Notes under the pieces: model-generated
What the model was told of the DNA's origin: nothing
What the model saw: only the letters and a program-made list of their open reading frames with translations
Databases searched by the model: none
Program-made: the position numbers and the translations under genes
Assembly: GCA_020353515.1 (NCBI GenBank)
Contig: CP070695.1
Location: forward strand, 3,424,050-3,488,049
Length of the DNA stretch: 64,000 bases
Reading direction: 5' to 3'
Source of the DNA: Candidatus Heimdallarchaeota archaeon
GTDB taxonomy: Archaea; Asgardarchaeota; Heimdallarchaeia; Hodarchaeales; Hodarchaeaceae
Shown: piece by piece, positions 9,744-20,427 of the stretch
How the letters are laid out: each line of letters starts with the position of its first letter
How positions within the stretch are numbered: position 1 is the stretch's first letter

Positions 9744-11048
9744 TTATTCACTATATATGCCCTTTATGAAAATAAAAGTACCAACAATGAAATATCCCAT
9801 TCCAACTAGAAAAAGCATTATTAGATCTAAAAATATTTGATTAATCTCTAGATTAAGGATCAGAATCTTCCTAAACACCTCTCCAGCGGAGAAAAAAGGA
9901 TTTAAATGCCAAAATTGAATATCGTTAAGTAGTTGGATCCTTGGTAATGGAATGAAACCACCTGTTAAGAAAGAAAGAGGAATAGCAATAAGTCCTGGTA
10001 GATACGTTGCCATTTTACCCCCAAGGAACGCAGCAACCCCTAAACTTATACCAAGCAGCGGTAATACAGCAAAAATACTCACAAGAAATACAAAAAAAGC
10101 CTGATGATTTCCTTGGAAAGGAAAACCTAGAAAATAAATAGTAATGACTACACAGGTCATTGTTAGGAGGGTTGAAATGACTTGGGTAACAGAAAGACCA
10201 GCTAAAAAGGATAACGAGGGGAAGTTACTTAATTTTAATCTATCAATCGTACCTTGCTCTTGTTCGTAACCCACAATACCAGCAACACCAGTACTAGATG
10301 TGATTAACACAAAGATCAAGAATGCAGGTATGTAAATATCAAATTCTGTAAAAACGAGAGTAGATACTGACTTATAATCTATAGTAAATTTTCCTGGTAA
10401 ATTTAATCCTTTAACCCAAAAATAATCGGAGAAAGTAATAAGCATCTCTTCTAGTAGCGTTGTCGCTTCAACAAAACGAGTAAAGGAATAATCTCCTATT
10501 AATTCTATGTCTACTCCAGAATAGATATATTCGGTAGAGGTTAATATGAGTTTTCCTTCAGTTACATTAATCCTATGATTCAATCCCGCAAGTAGCGTTT
10601 GTGAAAAATTATTTGGAATGATAAAGCATAAACTGATAAATCGACTTTGAACTGCTTTACTTGCTTCACCTAAATCAGTATAGGAGATCACAGAGAATCG
10701 TCTTGGATCGTCCTCTTGTAAGAGGTTGTCTGAATTATTTATATTTTCGATGAAACATGCACCAAATCCATCAAGAAGAGGATTCCCCTCCAAACTCTCA
10801 ACCATTAAATACTGACTAAATTGAGACCGAAGTGTTGAATTTAGATTTAAATCCTGATCATGGTTAATTACACCAATTCTGTAATTGTCTCCAGTATCCC
10901 CAATAATAACAAAGGAACTATTTTCTCCATAAAGAAATGCTATTCCTACAATAAATAAAACAGGTATTAAAAATATTATACTCATTCTTTCGACATCTCT
11001 TCGCGTCTGTTTTAGACATTTTATTGTGTAAAGAATAATTTTATACAT
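9744..11048 (-). CDS. ABC-2 type exporter permease
   Basis: N-terminal TM, large external loop, EQEQGTIDRL motif, 5 C-terminal TMs. Confidence 0.85.
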   Translation of the reverse strand: MYKIILYTIKCLKQTRRDVERMSIIFLIPVLFIVGIAFLYGENSSFVIIGDTGDNYRIGVINHDQDLNLNSTLRSQFSQYLMVESLEGNPLLDGFGACFIENINNSDNLLQEDDPRRFSVISYTDLGEASKAVQSRFISLCFIIPNNFSQTLLAGLNHRINVTEGKLILTSTEYIYSGVDIELIGDYSFTRFVEATTLLEEMLITFSDYFWVKGLNLPGKFTIDYKSVSTLVFTEFDIYIPAFLIFVLITSSTGVAGIVGYEQEQGTIDRLKLSNFPSLSFLAGLSVTQVISTLLTMTCVVITIYFLGFPFQGNHQAFFVFLVSIFAVLPLLGISLGVAAFLGGKMATYLPGLIAIPLSFLTGGFIPLPRIQLLNDIQFWHLNPFFSAGEVFRKILILNLEINQIFLDLIMLFLVGMGYFIVGTFIFIKGIYSE

Positions 11049-11054
11049 TTCCCA

Positions 11055-12437
11055 TCAACTCCGTATTTTAAATCGTAGATAATAAAAAACTAAAACAGAA
11101 AAGATTAGATAAATAAACGAAAGAATCAAACTCATGAAAATATCAGGAAAGACAAGGAAAAACTCAAAATCATATAATAGAACCTGACGTAAGGCGTTGG
11201 TAGAGTGAGTTAATGGTAGAAGATCCCACAAGAGAAAATCACGTGGATAACCACTTGCAGTTGGAAAAACCTTGGGAATGAGAATTATTTTTGGAACTTC
11301 AATGAATGCACCACTCATAAAGGCCATAAACGGTGCACCAAAGCCCAGTACATTACCTACAACATCTTCGTTCGATAGAAAAGCGCTAGAAATGTACACG
11401 AGAGATAATGTAAAGGGAAAAATCGTTAAAGCTATTAAAAATCCTAAAAATAGGTTTCCTGCAGGATTGAATCCTAATATTAAGCTGGATAAAAATAAAA
11501 TTAAAGATTGGATTATCATAACTGGGATTTGGATTAAAATTGAACCGATGATATAAACTCCTCCCGAAGAGGGAGCTAATCGAATACGATCGAAAGTTGT
11601 ATTGTTTTGTCGAAATTCCATGCAAAAAAACATTGCTACCAGTGATGGTTGAATAATTATACCAAAAGCAATCAAGCCAGGTATTGATAACTCGAAGAGT
11701 GAGTATTTTGGGATATTTATTGTATATTCTTCTTTCATTTTAATTGAAATACTTCCTCCTGGTCCTTTGAATGCAGTTGTAAGATCTTGATACTGGTGTA
11801 TTATAATTGAGAGTACTGATTTCGCTAATTTAAAGTTCAAGTAACTCTCATCTCCTATCACATGAATTGTATCGTTAATATTTGATGGTAAATCTGGAGA
11901 TTGCGGAAACTGTAGCTGAATCATTTCATGAAAGTACAGTCCATATGTGTTATACCAATATCTATTCAACATAGAAAGAGTTGTATTAGAAAAGTTTGGA
12001 TTTAAAACAATTAGTATGTCTAAATCTCGTTTAAACAATTTATTATTTGCCTCGGATTCCGTGTCAAAGTGAGATATATCAAATATATGCGTAGCTTCGG
12101 TAATGTTACTGTATGTTAAATTCCCAAGAATGTCTATGAATTCACTCCCGAACCCTCTATTAAGTACATCAGAATTATGATATTGAGTTAAAGAAGCATT
12201 CCCCATTATTGTTTCATTTTGAAAGAGAGATTTAATGTCATCAGATACTCCTGTATCTTGATTAATTACACCTAGTAGAAAGGTCTGGTTTATTCCTACA
12301 GGTGAGGTTGAAAATCCAATCCAATATAATCCAATAAAAAATAAAGGAAATATTACTAGATATGGTATTGTCCATTTACTTCGGACTAACTGCAGTCCCA
12401 TTCGTTGTGTAACCCCAAAAATTTGTCTAAACGACAT
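11055..12437 (-). CDS. ABC-2 type exporter permease
   Basis: Same topology as neighbour; TFDRIRLAP, FMSGAF, LPLTHSTNALR. Confidence 0.85.
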   Translation of the reverse strand: MSFRQIFGVTQRMGLQLVRSKWTIPYLVIFPLFFIGLYWIGFSTSPVGINQTFLLGVINQDTGVSDDIKSLFQNETIMGNASLTQYHNSDVLNRGFGSEFIDILGNLTYSNITEATHIFDISHFDTESEANNKLFKRDLDILIVLNPNFSNTTLSMLNRYWYNTYGLYFHEMIQLQFPQSPDLPSNINDTIHVIGDESYLNFKLAKSVLSIIIHQYQDLTTAFKGPGGSISIKMKEEYTINIPKYSLFELSIPGLIAFGIIIQPSLVAMFFCMEFRQNNTTFDRIRLAPSSGGVYIIGSILIQIPVMIIQSLILFLSSLILGFNPAGNLFLGFLIALTIFPFTLSLVYISSAFLSNEDVVGNVLGFGAPFMAFMSGAFIEVPKIILIPKVFPTASGYPRDFLLWDLLPLTHSTNALRQVLLYDFEFFLVFPDIFMSLILSFIYLIFSVLVFYYLRFKIRS

Positions 12438-12448
12438 CTAATCGCCTT

Positions 12449-13405
12449 CTAATCACGTAGAGCTCGCCCAGTTAAGTTGATAAATACATCTTCAAGGGAT
12501 GTACTTCTGATAGCCATATTTTCTACCTCTTGGTCATGAGACTCGATAAAATTCAGAATTCGACTTAAACGGGATACTACATCCAGTGCTCGAATAACAA
12601 TGTAACCACTTGAAGTATAGGCGTCTTCAATTCCCTCAAACGTCCTTAAATCTTGAACTAGATGATCTAAGTTTTCTTTTTCTTTTAGTGAGATTTCCAC
12701 TAAGTCTCCTTCACCAATTGAAGACTTTAGTCTTTTTGGAGTATCTAGAACTAAAATTCTCCCACGATCTATTATAGCTACACGATCACTTAATCGATCA
12801 GCTTCCTCCATAAAATGAGTGGTTAAGATGATCGTCTTCCCTTGGTTTGGAAGATCCTTAATAACTTCCCAAACTGCGACACGAGACTGAGGATCAAGTC
12901 CTGGCGTCGGTTCATCGCATAGGATGATTTTTGGGTCATGAACCAATCCTAAAATCAAGTTCAATCTTCTTTTCAAGCCTCCTGATAAATCTCGGGCTAG
13001 ATGTCCACGTTTTTCGTTAAGGCCAACCTTTGAAATTAAGGAATCTATACGAGCCTTTGCCTCCTTCTTCGGAATATCATAGATTTTTGCTAAGAACCAC
13101 AGATTTTCTTCAACAGTGAGATCTTCATAAAACGTTAAAGACTGGGGAATAATTCCAAGCATTCGATTAAGTTCCTTCCCATTATCATGAGGATTTTGCC
13201 CCATTATTGTAATATTGCCAGCATCTGGTTTCAACAACCCAATTATCATTCGAAGACTTGTTGTTTTCCCAGCACCATTCGGTCCTAGAAACCCAAAAAT
13301 CTCATTTTCGCGAATATCAAGAGAAATACCATCGACAGCTTTGACTAATTTCTCTCCTTTTCCAAAGTATTTCTTCAAATTTCTTACTTCGATTATATTC
13401 GACAT
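12449..13405 (-). CDS. ABC exporter ATP-binding protein (DrrA/NodI-like)
   Basis: GPNGAGKT, LSGGLKRR, DEPTPGLDP, TTHFMEEA, SLEDVF. Confidence 0.92.
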   Translation of the reverse strand: MSNIIEVRNLKKYFGKGEKLVKAVDGISLDIRENEIFGFLGPNGAGKTTSLRMIIGLLKPDAGNITIMGQNPHDNGKELNRMLGIIPQSLTFYEDLTVEENLWFLAKIYDIPKKEAKARIDSLISKVGLNEKRGHLARDLSGGLKRRLNLILGLVHDPKIILCDEPTPGLDPQSRVAVWEVIKDLPNQGKTIILTTHFMEEADRLSDRVAIIDRGRILVLDTPKRLKSSIGEGDLVEISLKEKENLDHLVQDLRTFEGIEDAYTSSGYIVIRALDVVSRLSRILNFIESHDQEVENMAIRSTSLEDVFINLTGRALRD

Positions 13406-13923
13406 TAAATTCCTCCAGTGGGTAACATTTTCGAGAATTCTTCTTTAAAGAAGTTTAATGCTTTTTCAAGGATTTGGTTGTACAAAAGATAACCAAAAAT
13501 TTGTTCTTCGAGGATTTTTTTCAATGTAGGATCCGTATCGTGAGATTTGTCAAGGAGTTGATTTAATTCATTAATGCAGACATCAGTTTTTTCGATGAAT
13601 CCTTCAAAAATTTTTGAAATCATCTCAATACCTGATGTAGCGCTGTAGGTATATCCAGTCTTATGTGAACCCTCTTTCAAAACAGTACCATACTTTTCAT
13701 TAATTTTAATCGCTCGGTTGATTGATGAAACCGAAAATTTCCCATCTGGAAACAAATCAGTTAATTTTTTTGATATAGCTCGTTGAGTCCATTTACTCCC
13801 CTCTGTATCTACAGGTTCAAACAGAAAGAGTGTATCTATTAGCCCACATAATCTAGGGATACCATATTCTTCATAATATTTAGCGAATATATCAAAGAGT
13901 TCTTTACGTAAGTCACTGATCAT
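13405..13923 (-). CDS. GbsR/MarR-like winged-helix transcriptional regulator
   Basis: YGIPRLCG..LF, SVSSINRAI HTH; first gene of ABC operon (1-bp overlap). Confidence 0.7.
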   Translation of the reverse strand: MISDLRKELFDIFAKYYEEYGIPRLCGLIDTLFLFEPVDTEGSKWTQRAISKKLTDLFPDGKFSVSSINRAIKINEKYGTVLKEGSHKTGYTYSATSGIEMISKIFEGFIEKTDVCINELNQLLDKSHDTDPTLKKILEEQIFGYLLYNQILEKALNFFKEEFSKMLPTGGI

Positions 13924-13969
13924 TGAAATTCAGTATAAAGTGATATATTCATATTTTATAAAGATTTCT

Positions 13970-13998
13970 ATTTTATGAAATCCTGAATTTCATAGAAT
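13970..13998. promoter_or_regulatory. inverted repeat, candidate operator of the GbsR-like regulator
   Basis: ATTTTATGAAAT-cctga-ATTTCATAGAAT (11/12 matched arms) in the divergent intergenic region. Confidence 0.55.
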
Positions 13999-14060
13999 TG
14001 AGATCAAAGAAATCACTAAAATGAGATATAGAAAATTCTTAAATACTTGAGGTTTTTAAA

Positions 14061-15569
14061 ATGGACATAAATGATGCTTACGAAAGGCTATTAAAAGAGG
14101 TATATGACTATATTGTTCTCTTACAAATTAAAAATATCCTTGATTGGGATTTTGAAACATATATGCCATCAAAGGGTGTGGAACAGCGCGGTGAAGAATT
14201 AGCGATGATAGCTAAACTACGACATGACCGTATTACTAATCCTAAGATAGGAGAGCTAATTCAGGCCATTAAAAATGATCCTAATTATTCTTCATTAGAT
14301 CTAGTAAAAAGGCGTAATGTCGTCTTAACTGAGAGGGAATATAACCGGGAATCAAAAATTCCCAAAGAATTAGTTGAAAAGATTGCTAAACATACCCCGA
14401 TTGCTATTGATACATGGAAGAAGGCAAAAAAAGAATCTAATTATTTACTTTTTAAACCAGCTTTAGATAAAATGATTGAGTTAACAAAGGAGAAAGCATA
14501 TTGCTTAGATCCTGATAAAGAACCTTTTGACGCTCTCGTTGAGAAATATGAACCAGGGATGTCTTCAGCTCACTATTCAGCGCTTTTCAAAGAGTTAAAA
14601 GAAGGATTAATACCGGTTATTCAGAAATGTATTAGTTCACCCAATCAACCTAATATTACTCTGATAAAGCGTAAGTTACCAATTTCTATTCAAAAACAAT
14701 TATCTGAAGATATTTCACAGTTAGTTCTTTATGATTTAGAACGTGGTAGGATTGATGAAACAGAACATCCTTTTACAACAGGTTATTACGACGATGTTAG
14801 GATAACCACGCATTATTATGAAGAAGATTTCTCAGATTCTTTCTATTCAGTACTTCACGAAGCTGGACATGGTATATATGAACAAAACCTTTTACAAGAA
14901 TATAAATATCAGCTGGTGGGGGAATTCGCCTCATATGGGATTCATGAGTCTCAATCAAGGTTTATTGAGAACCTTATTGGGCGAAGTAGTGAGTTTTGGG
15001 AATTCTACTTACCAAGACTGAAAAAAATGACTGGGAATGTTTTTTCGGATGTTGAGTTAGATCTATTTGTACATGCTCTTAATGAAGTGAAACCCAGTAA
15101 AATTAGGATTACCGCCGATGAAGTAACCTATTCTCTTCATATAATCATACGTTTTGAGATTGAGCGGGATTTACTAGCTGGAAAAATCACTACGGATCAG
15201 CTTCCTGATGTATGGAATGAAAAATATAGAGAATATCTTGGCGTTGATGTTGAAAATGACGCTGAAGGGGTCTTACAAGATACTCACTGGGCTGGAGGAA
15301 GTTTTAGCTATTTTCCATCTTACGCTATGGGTAATATCTATAATGCGCATATGCTAGAAATAATAGCTAGAGATATTCCAGATTATAAAGAACTCATTAA
15401 GAAAGGGGAACTCAACTTCATCATCGATTGGCTTGTTGAGAATGTCCACTCAGTATCTAATCTATATGACCCCCCAGAACTTATAAAGAGAATTACAGGT
15501 GAAGAAATTTCCCCAAAATATTTCATTAAATATTTAGAGGAGAAATTTTCCAAAATTTATGGTTTCTGA
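14061..15569 (+). CDS. M32 carboxypeptidase (carboxypeptidase Taq/Pfu)
   Basis: HPF, DVRITT, HEAGH, HESQSRF, IRITADE, QDTHW, YFPSY. Confidence 0.95.
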   Translation: MDINDAYERLLKEVYDYIVLLQIKNILDWDFETYMPSKGVEQRGEELAMIAKLRHDRITNPKIGELIQAIKNDPNYSSLDLVKRRNVVLTEREYNRESKIPKELVEKIAKHTPIAIDTWKKAKKESNYLLFKPALDKMIELTKEKAYCLDPDKEPFDALVEKYEPGMSSAHYSALFKELKEGLIPVIQKCISSPNQPNITLIKRKLPISIQKQLSEDISQLVLYDLERGRIDETEHPFTTGYYDDVRITTHYYEEDFSDSFYSVLHEAGHGIYEQNLLQEYKYQLVGEFASYGIHESQSRFIENLIGRSSEFWEFYLPRLKKMTGNVFSDVELDLFVHALNEVKPSKIRITADEVTYSLHIIIRFEIERDLLAGKITTDQLPDVWNEKYREYLGVDVENDAEGVLQDTHWAGGSFSYFPSYAMGNIYNAHMLEIIARDIPDYKELIKKGELNFIIDWLVENVHSVSNLYDPPELIKRITGEEISPKYFIKYLEEKFSKIYGF

Positions 15570-15574
15570 AAATT

Positions 15575-16639
15575 CTAAACGGGAATGAAAGTATCAGTTT
15601 CGATTACCGATCTTATGAACTCAACAGTAAGTTTTACGATGTTTTTGACATCATCAAGACATATAACTTCTGAAGCCGTGTGCATATAACGATTAGGAAT
15701 TGAAATCAGAGCTGTAGCTGCCCCTGTGAGCTGAATTGCATTAGCATCAGTCCCAGTTCCTCTATGCCATGCCATTGTTTGATAAGGGATCTTCTTATCC
15801 TTTGCAATATCAACCAATCGTTTGTACAGTACAGGATTGATGTTGGGCCCTCTGACGATTATTGGTCCTCCACCGAGCTTAGTGTCACCAACAAGTTTCT
15901 TCTTCACGTCTGGTGAATCTGCTGCATGACCTACATCAAATGCTATTCCAACATGAGGTTGAATGGCTCTGGCAGCAACTGTGGCACCTCGTAAACCAAT
16001 TTCTTCCTGAACTGTGGAAACGCCATACACTCCTGCATAAAAATCCTTATCTTTTGCTAATTCTTTTACTATCTCAGTAACAATAAATGCTCCAATAGCA
16101 TCATCAAAGCCAGCTGCAACAGCGAATTCATGATCACCCAGTTTTTGGAAACCATAATCAAAAGTAGCAAAATCACCAATGTCAACTAATTTCTCTGCTT
16201 CTTCTTTGCTTGTACACCCTATATCAATGAATAATTTTTCCATTTCGGGAACTTTTTTCCTTTCTTCGGGTTTCATTAAATGAATAGCTTTTTTTCCAAG
16301 AACCCCAGGAATAATTCCTTTCTTTCCACTAATTTTCACTCGTTTTCCTGGTAAAGTAGTGACATCAAACCCTCCTAGGGGCTTGAACCACAGATAACCC
16401 TTTTTATCGATATAACTTATTTGAAATCCAATTTGGTCAATATGACCAGCTAGCATGATTTTAAAAGGACTATCTGGATTAACAACTGCATAGAGATTCC
16501 CCACTCGATCTGCATATATTTTGTCTGCCTCTTTTTTGAGATATTCCTTTATTCCTCGCTGTGCTGTTAATTCGTATCCTGTTGCTCTAGGAGTTGTTAC
16601 TAATTTTTTTAAAAATTCTTCATTCACTTCGTAAGACAT
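15575..16639 (-). CDS. M42 (TET-like) aminopeptidase
   Basis: GHIDQIG, FDDAIG, QEEIGLRGA, GTDA, RYMHT. Confidence 0.93.
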   Translation of the reverse strand: MSYEVNEEFLKKLVTTPRATGYELTAQRGIKEYLKKEADKIYADRVGNLYAVVNPDSPFKIMLAGHIDQIGFQISYIDKKGYLWFKPLGGFDVTTLPGKRVKISGKKGIIPGVLGKKAIHLMKPEERKKVPEMEKLFIDIGCTSKEEAEKLVDIGDFATFDYGFQKLGDHEFAVAAGFDDAIGAFIVTEIVKELAKDKDFYAGVYGVSTVQEEIGLRGATVAARAIQPHVGIAFDVGHAADSPDVKKKLVGDTKLGGGPIIVRGPNINPVLYKRLVDIAKDKKIPYQTMAWHRGTGTDANAIQLTGAATALISIPNRYMHTASEVICLDDVKNIVKLTVEFIRSVIETDTFIPV

Positions 16640-16735
16640 TTATTGTATCACCAATTCAACCTAAATGCAATTAGGAAAGATATTACTTATTATTATTTGA
16701 CAGTTAGGATTAGTCCATAGATTTTAAAGATTGTC

Positions 16736-17149
16736 TTGGAAGATATCTTAGACGACATTGACAATTTAGATATTGGTTTGGGGACAAATTTTGTTTTTTA
16801 TCAGTTAGATTGGGATAATATCTACAGTCTGTATAGAGGCCCCCTCTGGCTTGAGGTTGAAAAACAAAGAGAGATGGAGGATTTCGCGGATGAATACGAA
16901 TCCATCGCGAACCGTATAACTATCGGAGTAACTATAACAACAGTTGCAACAATATTAGCAGCAGCAATGGGTAGTCGCATGGCGGAAAAGAAATCTGATC
17001 ACCATTTTTCTGTTATGCTTGCGGACATGAAGGAAGATTCTTCATTACTTGAAGGGGAATTTGATATTCTCGCGTTCTTGGGGTTAATTTTGGCATTTAT
17101 TCTTTCACTTTTTGGTTTAGCGTTACCTCTTTCCATTCTTTTATCATAA
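16736..17149 (+). CDS. hypothetical membrane protein, possibly N-terminally truncated
   Basis: 137 aa, TTG start, two C-terminal hydrophobic helices. Confidence 0.5.
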   Translation: MEDILDDIDNLDIGLGTNFVFYQLDWDNIYSLYRGPLWLEVEKQREMEDFADEYESIANRITIGVTITTVATILAAAMGSRMAEKKSDHHFSVMLADMKEDSSLLEGEFDILAFLGLILAFILSLFGLALPLSILLS

Positions 17150-17297
17150 TAAACTTCTAATAACAAAAGAAAATAAAAAGCTTAACCCTCGAACCACTAT
17201 TAAGCCGATTCAATTTAACTAGTTTTAAATAAGGGAGTTATTGAATAGTAATTAGTATTCAGTACTAACATATCATGTAAGTCGGGGTAATGAGGTC

Positions 17298-17849
17298 ATG
17301 TGTCCTATTGACAGATCTAATAAGAAAATCTCTTCAAAGCTATTAGAGGAAATGTATGACGAAGCTGGGAAAGAGAAGATCACTGAGCTTGCTAAGCAGG
17401 TTTCTCAATTAAAAAAGCATTTGAAAATTCCTAATGAACTGGCAACTGGCATTATTGCTCAATTTAACCAAAGCTATGAGGATGCTAGGAGTAATATTGC
17501 TTTAGTTGGAGGATCTGAAGATGATGTGGCAAAAATGTGGGGTTATAACTTTGGTGGTTTGATGTACCATTATCTTGAAAGAAGAGATTCTATCGAGGGG
17601 AGACAGGCACTGTCATTCATAAAAATGCAACTAGGACATGAGCTAAATACGAAATTAGGTGGATCAGAGATCCAATATGCAAGTTTTGTACTTGGCCTCT
17701 CTTTAAGGTTCATAAAAGGATTTGAAACCCTCAAGAAGAACCTAATTGAGTTTGAAGATGCTCTGAACAAGTTTGAACAACACCGGTATACTCAACAAAA
17801 TGATGTGAAAACCTCAGGTACCGATCTCTTTGGTAGAAAACGTAAATGA
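17298..17849 (+). CDS. hypothetical helical protein
   Basis: 183 aa ORF with GAGGT RBS; no recognised motif. Confidence 0.6.
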   Translation: MCPIDRSNKKISSKLLEEMYDEAGKEKITELAKQVSQLKKHLKIPNELATGIIAQFNQSYEDARSNIALVGGSEDDVAKMWGYNFGGLMYHYLERRDSIEGRQALSFIKMQLGHELNTKLGGSEIQYASFVLGLSLRFIKGFETLKKNLIEFEDALNKFEQHRYTQQNDVKTSGTDLFGRKRK

Positions 17850-17860
17850 GCTGATTTCTG

Positions 17861-18748
17861 CTAGGTAAATCTTTGTCCATCCCCCAACCATTTTGTTTCA
17901 TAATTCTCCATTATTTTTGTCAAAATATAATACTTTTCTAAGATTGTAGTATCTGGGAAAACCTTAGTGAGTAGATCCCAATATTCCCCTAGATTTCGAC
18001 TAAAAATTCCTTTGTGTTTCATTAAAATTTCTGGATCTTCAAAAGAACCAATTAGATCCTTTAAGTAACCATCTAACTCTTTTAAATTAAGAGATTCAGT
18101 GTTAATTCCTTCATTAATACTCTGATCATAGAAAATTTTAGCTTCATTTGGATATCGAGGCTCATAAACCAATGCCTTCCAAAGATTTTTGACCCCAGGA
18201 TCTTTAATAACTGAAAATATGTCTAAATACTTAATAGCTTTAACTTCTTTATGTTGACTTCTAAGATAATAAATTAATTTCCAGAAGGCATACTCATTCA
18301 TTGGATTTATGTATAAACACTTTTCAGCGAGCTCAAGTACTTCCTCTTTCTTATTTAGTATTTCTTTCACTTCAATCCATTGAAGATACTCGTCTTCTGA
18401 TAACTTAATCCAGTGTTCAAGTCCTTGAAATGCTATATCAAGCTTTTCAGCATTCTTCTGAAGTTTAGAATTGCTTAATGATGGATCATTCAGTAATGGG
18501 GTAACCATTAAGACAATGTCTGTATAAGCTCTAACTTGGGAGCTCTTTAACATCTTTCGAAGTGAGAGATATATCATTACAAAGATAACAATAGAAAGTA
18601 CGAAAGTCCATCCAAAAAATAGAGAAATGTCATAAGATAACAAGAAGTTATGTAAAATCTCCAGTATAATGAAGGCGATGAAGGTAACTAAAAAGGCTGC
18701 TAAGGAGGGAAAATAACTTGGAAGCTGCTTTACATTTATCTCAATCAC
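17861..18748 (-). CDS. membrane-anchored TPR-like protein
   Basis: Two N-terminal TMs; AEKCLYINPMNEYAF TPR-like helix pair; GAGGTG overlapping start. Confidence 0.55.
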   Translation of the reverse strand: MIEINVKQLPSYFPSLAAFLVTFIAFIILEILHNFLLSYDISLFFGWTFVLSIVIFVMIYLSLRKMLKSSQVRAYTDIVLMVTPLLNDPSLSNSKLQKNAEKLDIAFQGLEHWIKLSEDEYLQWIEVKEILNKKEEVLELAEKCLYINPMNEYAFWKLIYYLRSQHKEVKAIKYLDIFSVIKDPGVKNLWKALVYEPRYPNEAKIFYDQSINEGINTESLNLKELDGYLKDLIGSFEDPEILMKHKGIFSRNLGEYWDLLTKVFPDTTILEKYYILTKIMENYETKWLGDGQRFT

Positions 18749-19070
18749 CTCTCTATCTGAATACCTGAGAAAGTTTTATACTTTCGGAATTTTGAGTGTT
18801 TCTATAGATGATCTCATGCAAGATGAACAATTTCTAGGAACGAGAATTGGGGAAATAAAATCAATTTGTAACGATCTTATAACTCTGTGGATAGGTTCAC
18901 TAGAAAGAATCAAAAATTAAACCTAAAAAATCGTGACTTAGGTAATATCGAACGAATCTCTGTTCTACAATCTTTCATGTCTCCTTAAATAGCGAAAGAT
19001 GTGAGAATTGTGGTTCTAAAATATCAACAAAATTCCTTTCACCAAAATAACGGACAAATGGTGAAATCTG

Positions 19071-19841
19071 ATGAAAGTTCCCGATCACTTAGAGGTAGAG
19101 CTCTTTCCCATTCAGGAAACAGGATTAGACATTGTTCTCCAGAGCTCATTCTCGAAAGAGATACGGGGTTCTAATTTTAAGAATCAGGCATTATTCTTCG
19201 TTGATAGTAAGCAACGTATTTGGCTATGGAAAAAAATACCTATTTTTGCGTTAATTCGCGAGTATCTCGCCTCTATATTGGCATCAGAGCTTGGTATTCT
19301 TGTTCCCAAATCAATAATTGCGAAAAAGGGCCAGTCAATTGGTTTAATCCAAGAATGGGTACACAGTGCTAAAGATTTAGCATCATTTTCTGAGGATCAC
19401 CCAACATTAACCAGAACTGAATTACTTGACCTTTTTGTATTTGAAGCTTGGATTGGAGCGTTAGATCGACACGGAGGGAATTATCTTGCTTCTACTGAGG
19501 GAAAAATCTGGGCAATTGATTTTGAAGATAGTTTTTATGAATCAGTTCAAGGTAGTGAGCTTTGTTTATATTATCCATGGATAAAAGAATCAAAAAAAGG
19601 ACTAGAAATAGCAGTTCAGAAACTAGTAGAACAAATTACTGAAAAACAACTACTTGAAAAAAGTAAATCATTTCTTGAACTTACAAATATTTTACAGGAC
19701 TCACGAGCTAAAGAGGCCCTAACTCAGCAGGTTTTACAAATAGTAGAATTATTAAAGAAAAATTTTGCTCAATTAGAGAAAACTGTGGAACTATTCTTAG
19801 AAAGTAGTAGTTCACTACCAGAATTTGTGGCATGTACTTAA
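19071..19841 (+). CDS. HipA-like / PI3K-PI4K-superfamily atypical kinase
   Basis: REYLASILASELGILVP, DRHGGNYL catalytic loop, AIDFE metal-binding motif. Confidence 0.75.
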   Translation: MKVPDHLEVELFPIQETGLDIVLQSSFSKEIRGSNFKNQALFFVDSKQRIWLWKKIPIFALIREYLASILASELGILVPKSIIAKKGQSIGLIQEWVHSAKDLASFSEDHPTLTRTELLDLFVFEAWIGALDRHGGNYLASTEGKIWAIDFEDSFYESVQGSELCLYYPWIKESKKGLEIAVQKLVEQITEKQLLEKSKSFLELTNILQDSRAKEALTQQVLQIVELLKKNFAQLEKTVELFLESSSSLPEFVACT

Positions 19842-20284
19842 AAACAGAGTATCCTTTTTTCAAAAATGGGCTGTATATGGCAAATGAAATTGTTGAAGGA
19901 GATATTTGTCAACAGAACAGTTGTCATCACTGTTGTTTAGAAACAGAGATGCTGATAACAAAAAAAGACATTCAACGGATAGTCACAAAGACCTCAATAT
20001 CAGCTAAAGAATTCGTTACTTTAAATGATGACGGAAATAGGAAATTGAAGAATAAACAGATTGATTCCCAACTCCAGTGCTTTTTTCTTGATCAGAACGG
20101 TCAGTGTTCCATCTATGAATTCAGACCCGAGGGTTGTCAATTCTATCCATATATCTGGGATCTGACAGAACATCGAATCTTTATCGATGATTATTGTTTA
20201 CATCATAATAAATTTCAAAAACCGTGGTTTACTTTGTCAAAAAGACTAGAGGATTTTATTTTCAAATTATTTGGGAAATTATAG
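19832..20284 (+). CDS. YkgJ family Cys-cluster protein (start may be ATG 19877)
   Basis: CQQNSCHHCC, CFFLD..CSIYEFRPEGCQFYP. Confidence 0.85.
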   Translation: MYLKTEYPFFKNGLYMANEIVEGDICQQNSCHHCCLETEMLITKKDIQRIVTKTSISAKEFVTLNDDGNRKLKNKQIDSQLQCFFLDQNGQCSIYEFRPEGCQFYPYIWDLTEHRIFIDDYCLHHNKFQKPWFTLSKRLEDFIFKLFGKL

Positions 20285-20427
20285 GTTTGAAAGTTCCCTC
20301 TATGAGAGTAGAAATATCCGATTCTACGCAGTTAGAAGCATAAATATTTAGTAAGGGGATTTGTAAGATCATTCAGATAAAAATATGATTTTTATCACAA
20401 AAATCTATAACAGGAGATAAAAAATAG

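Noticed and set aside
18950-19050. Fragment CSTIFHVSLNSERCENCGSK resembling a zinc ribbon
   Set aside because: Preceded closely by an in-frame stop, has no start and only one complete CxxC; at most a remnant
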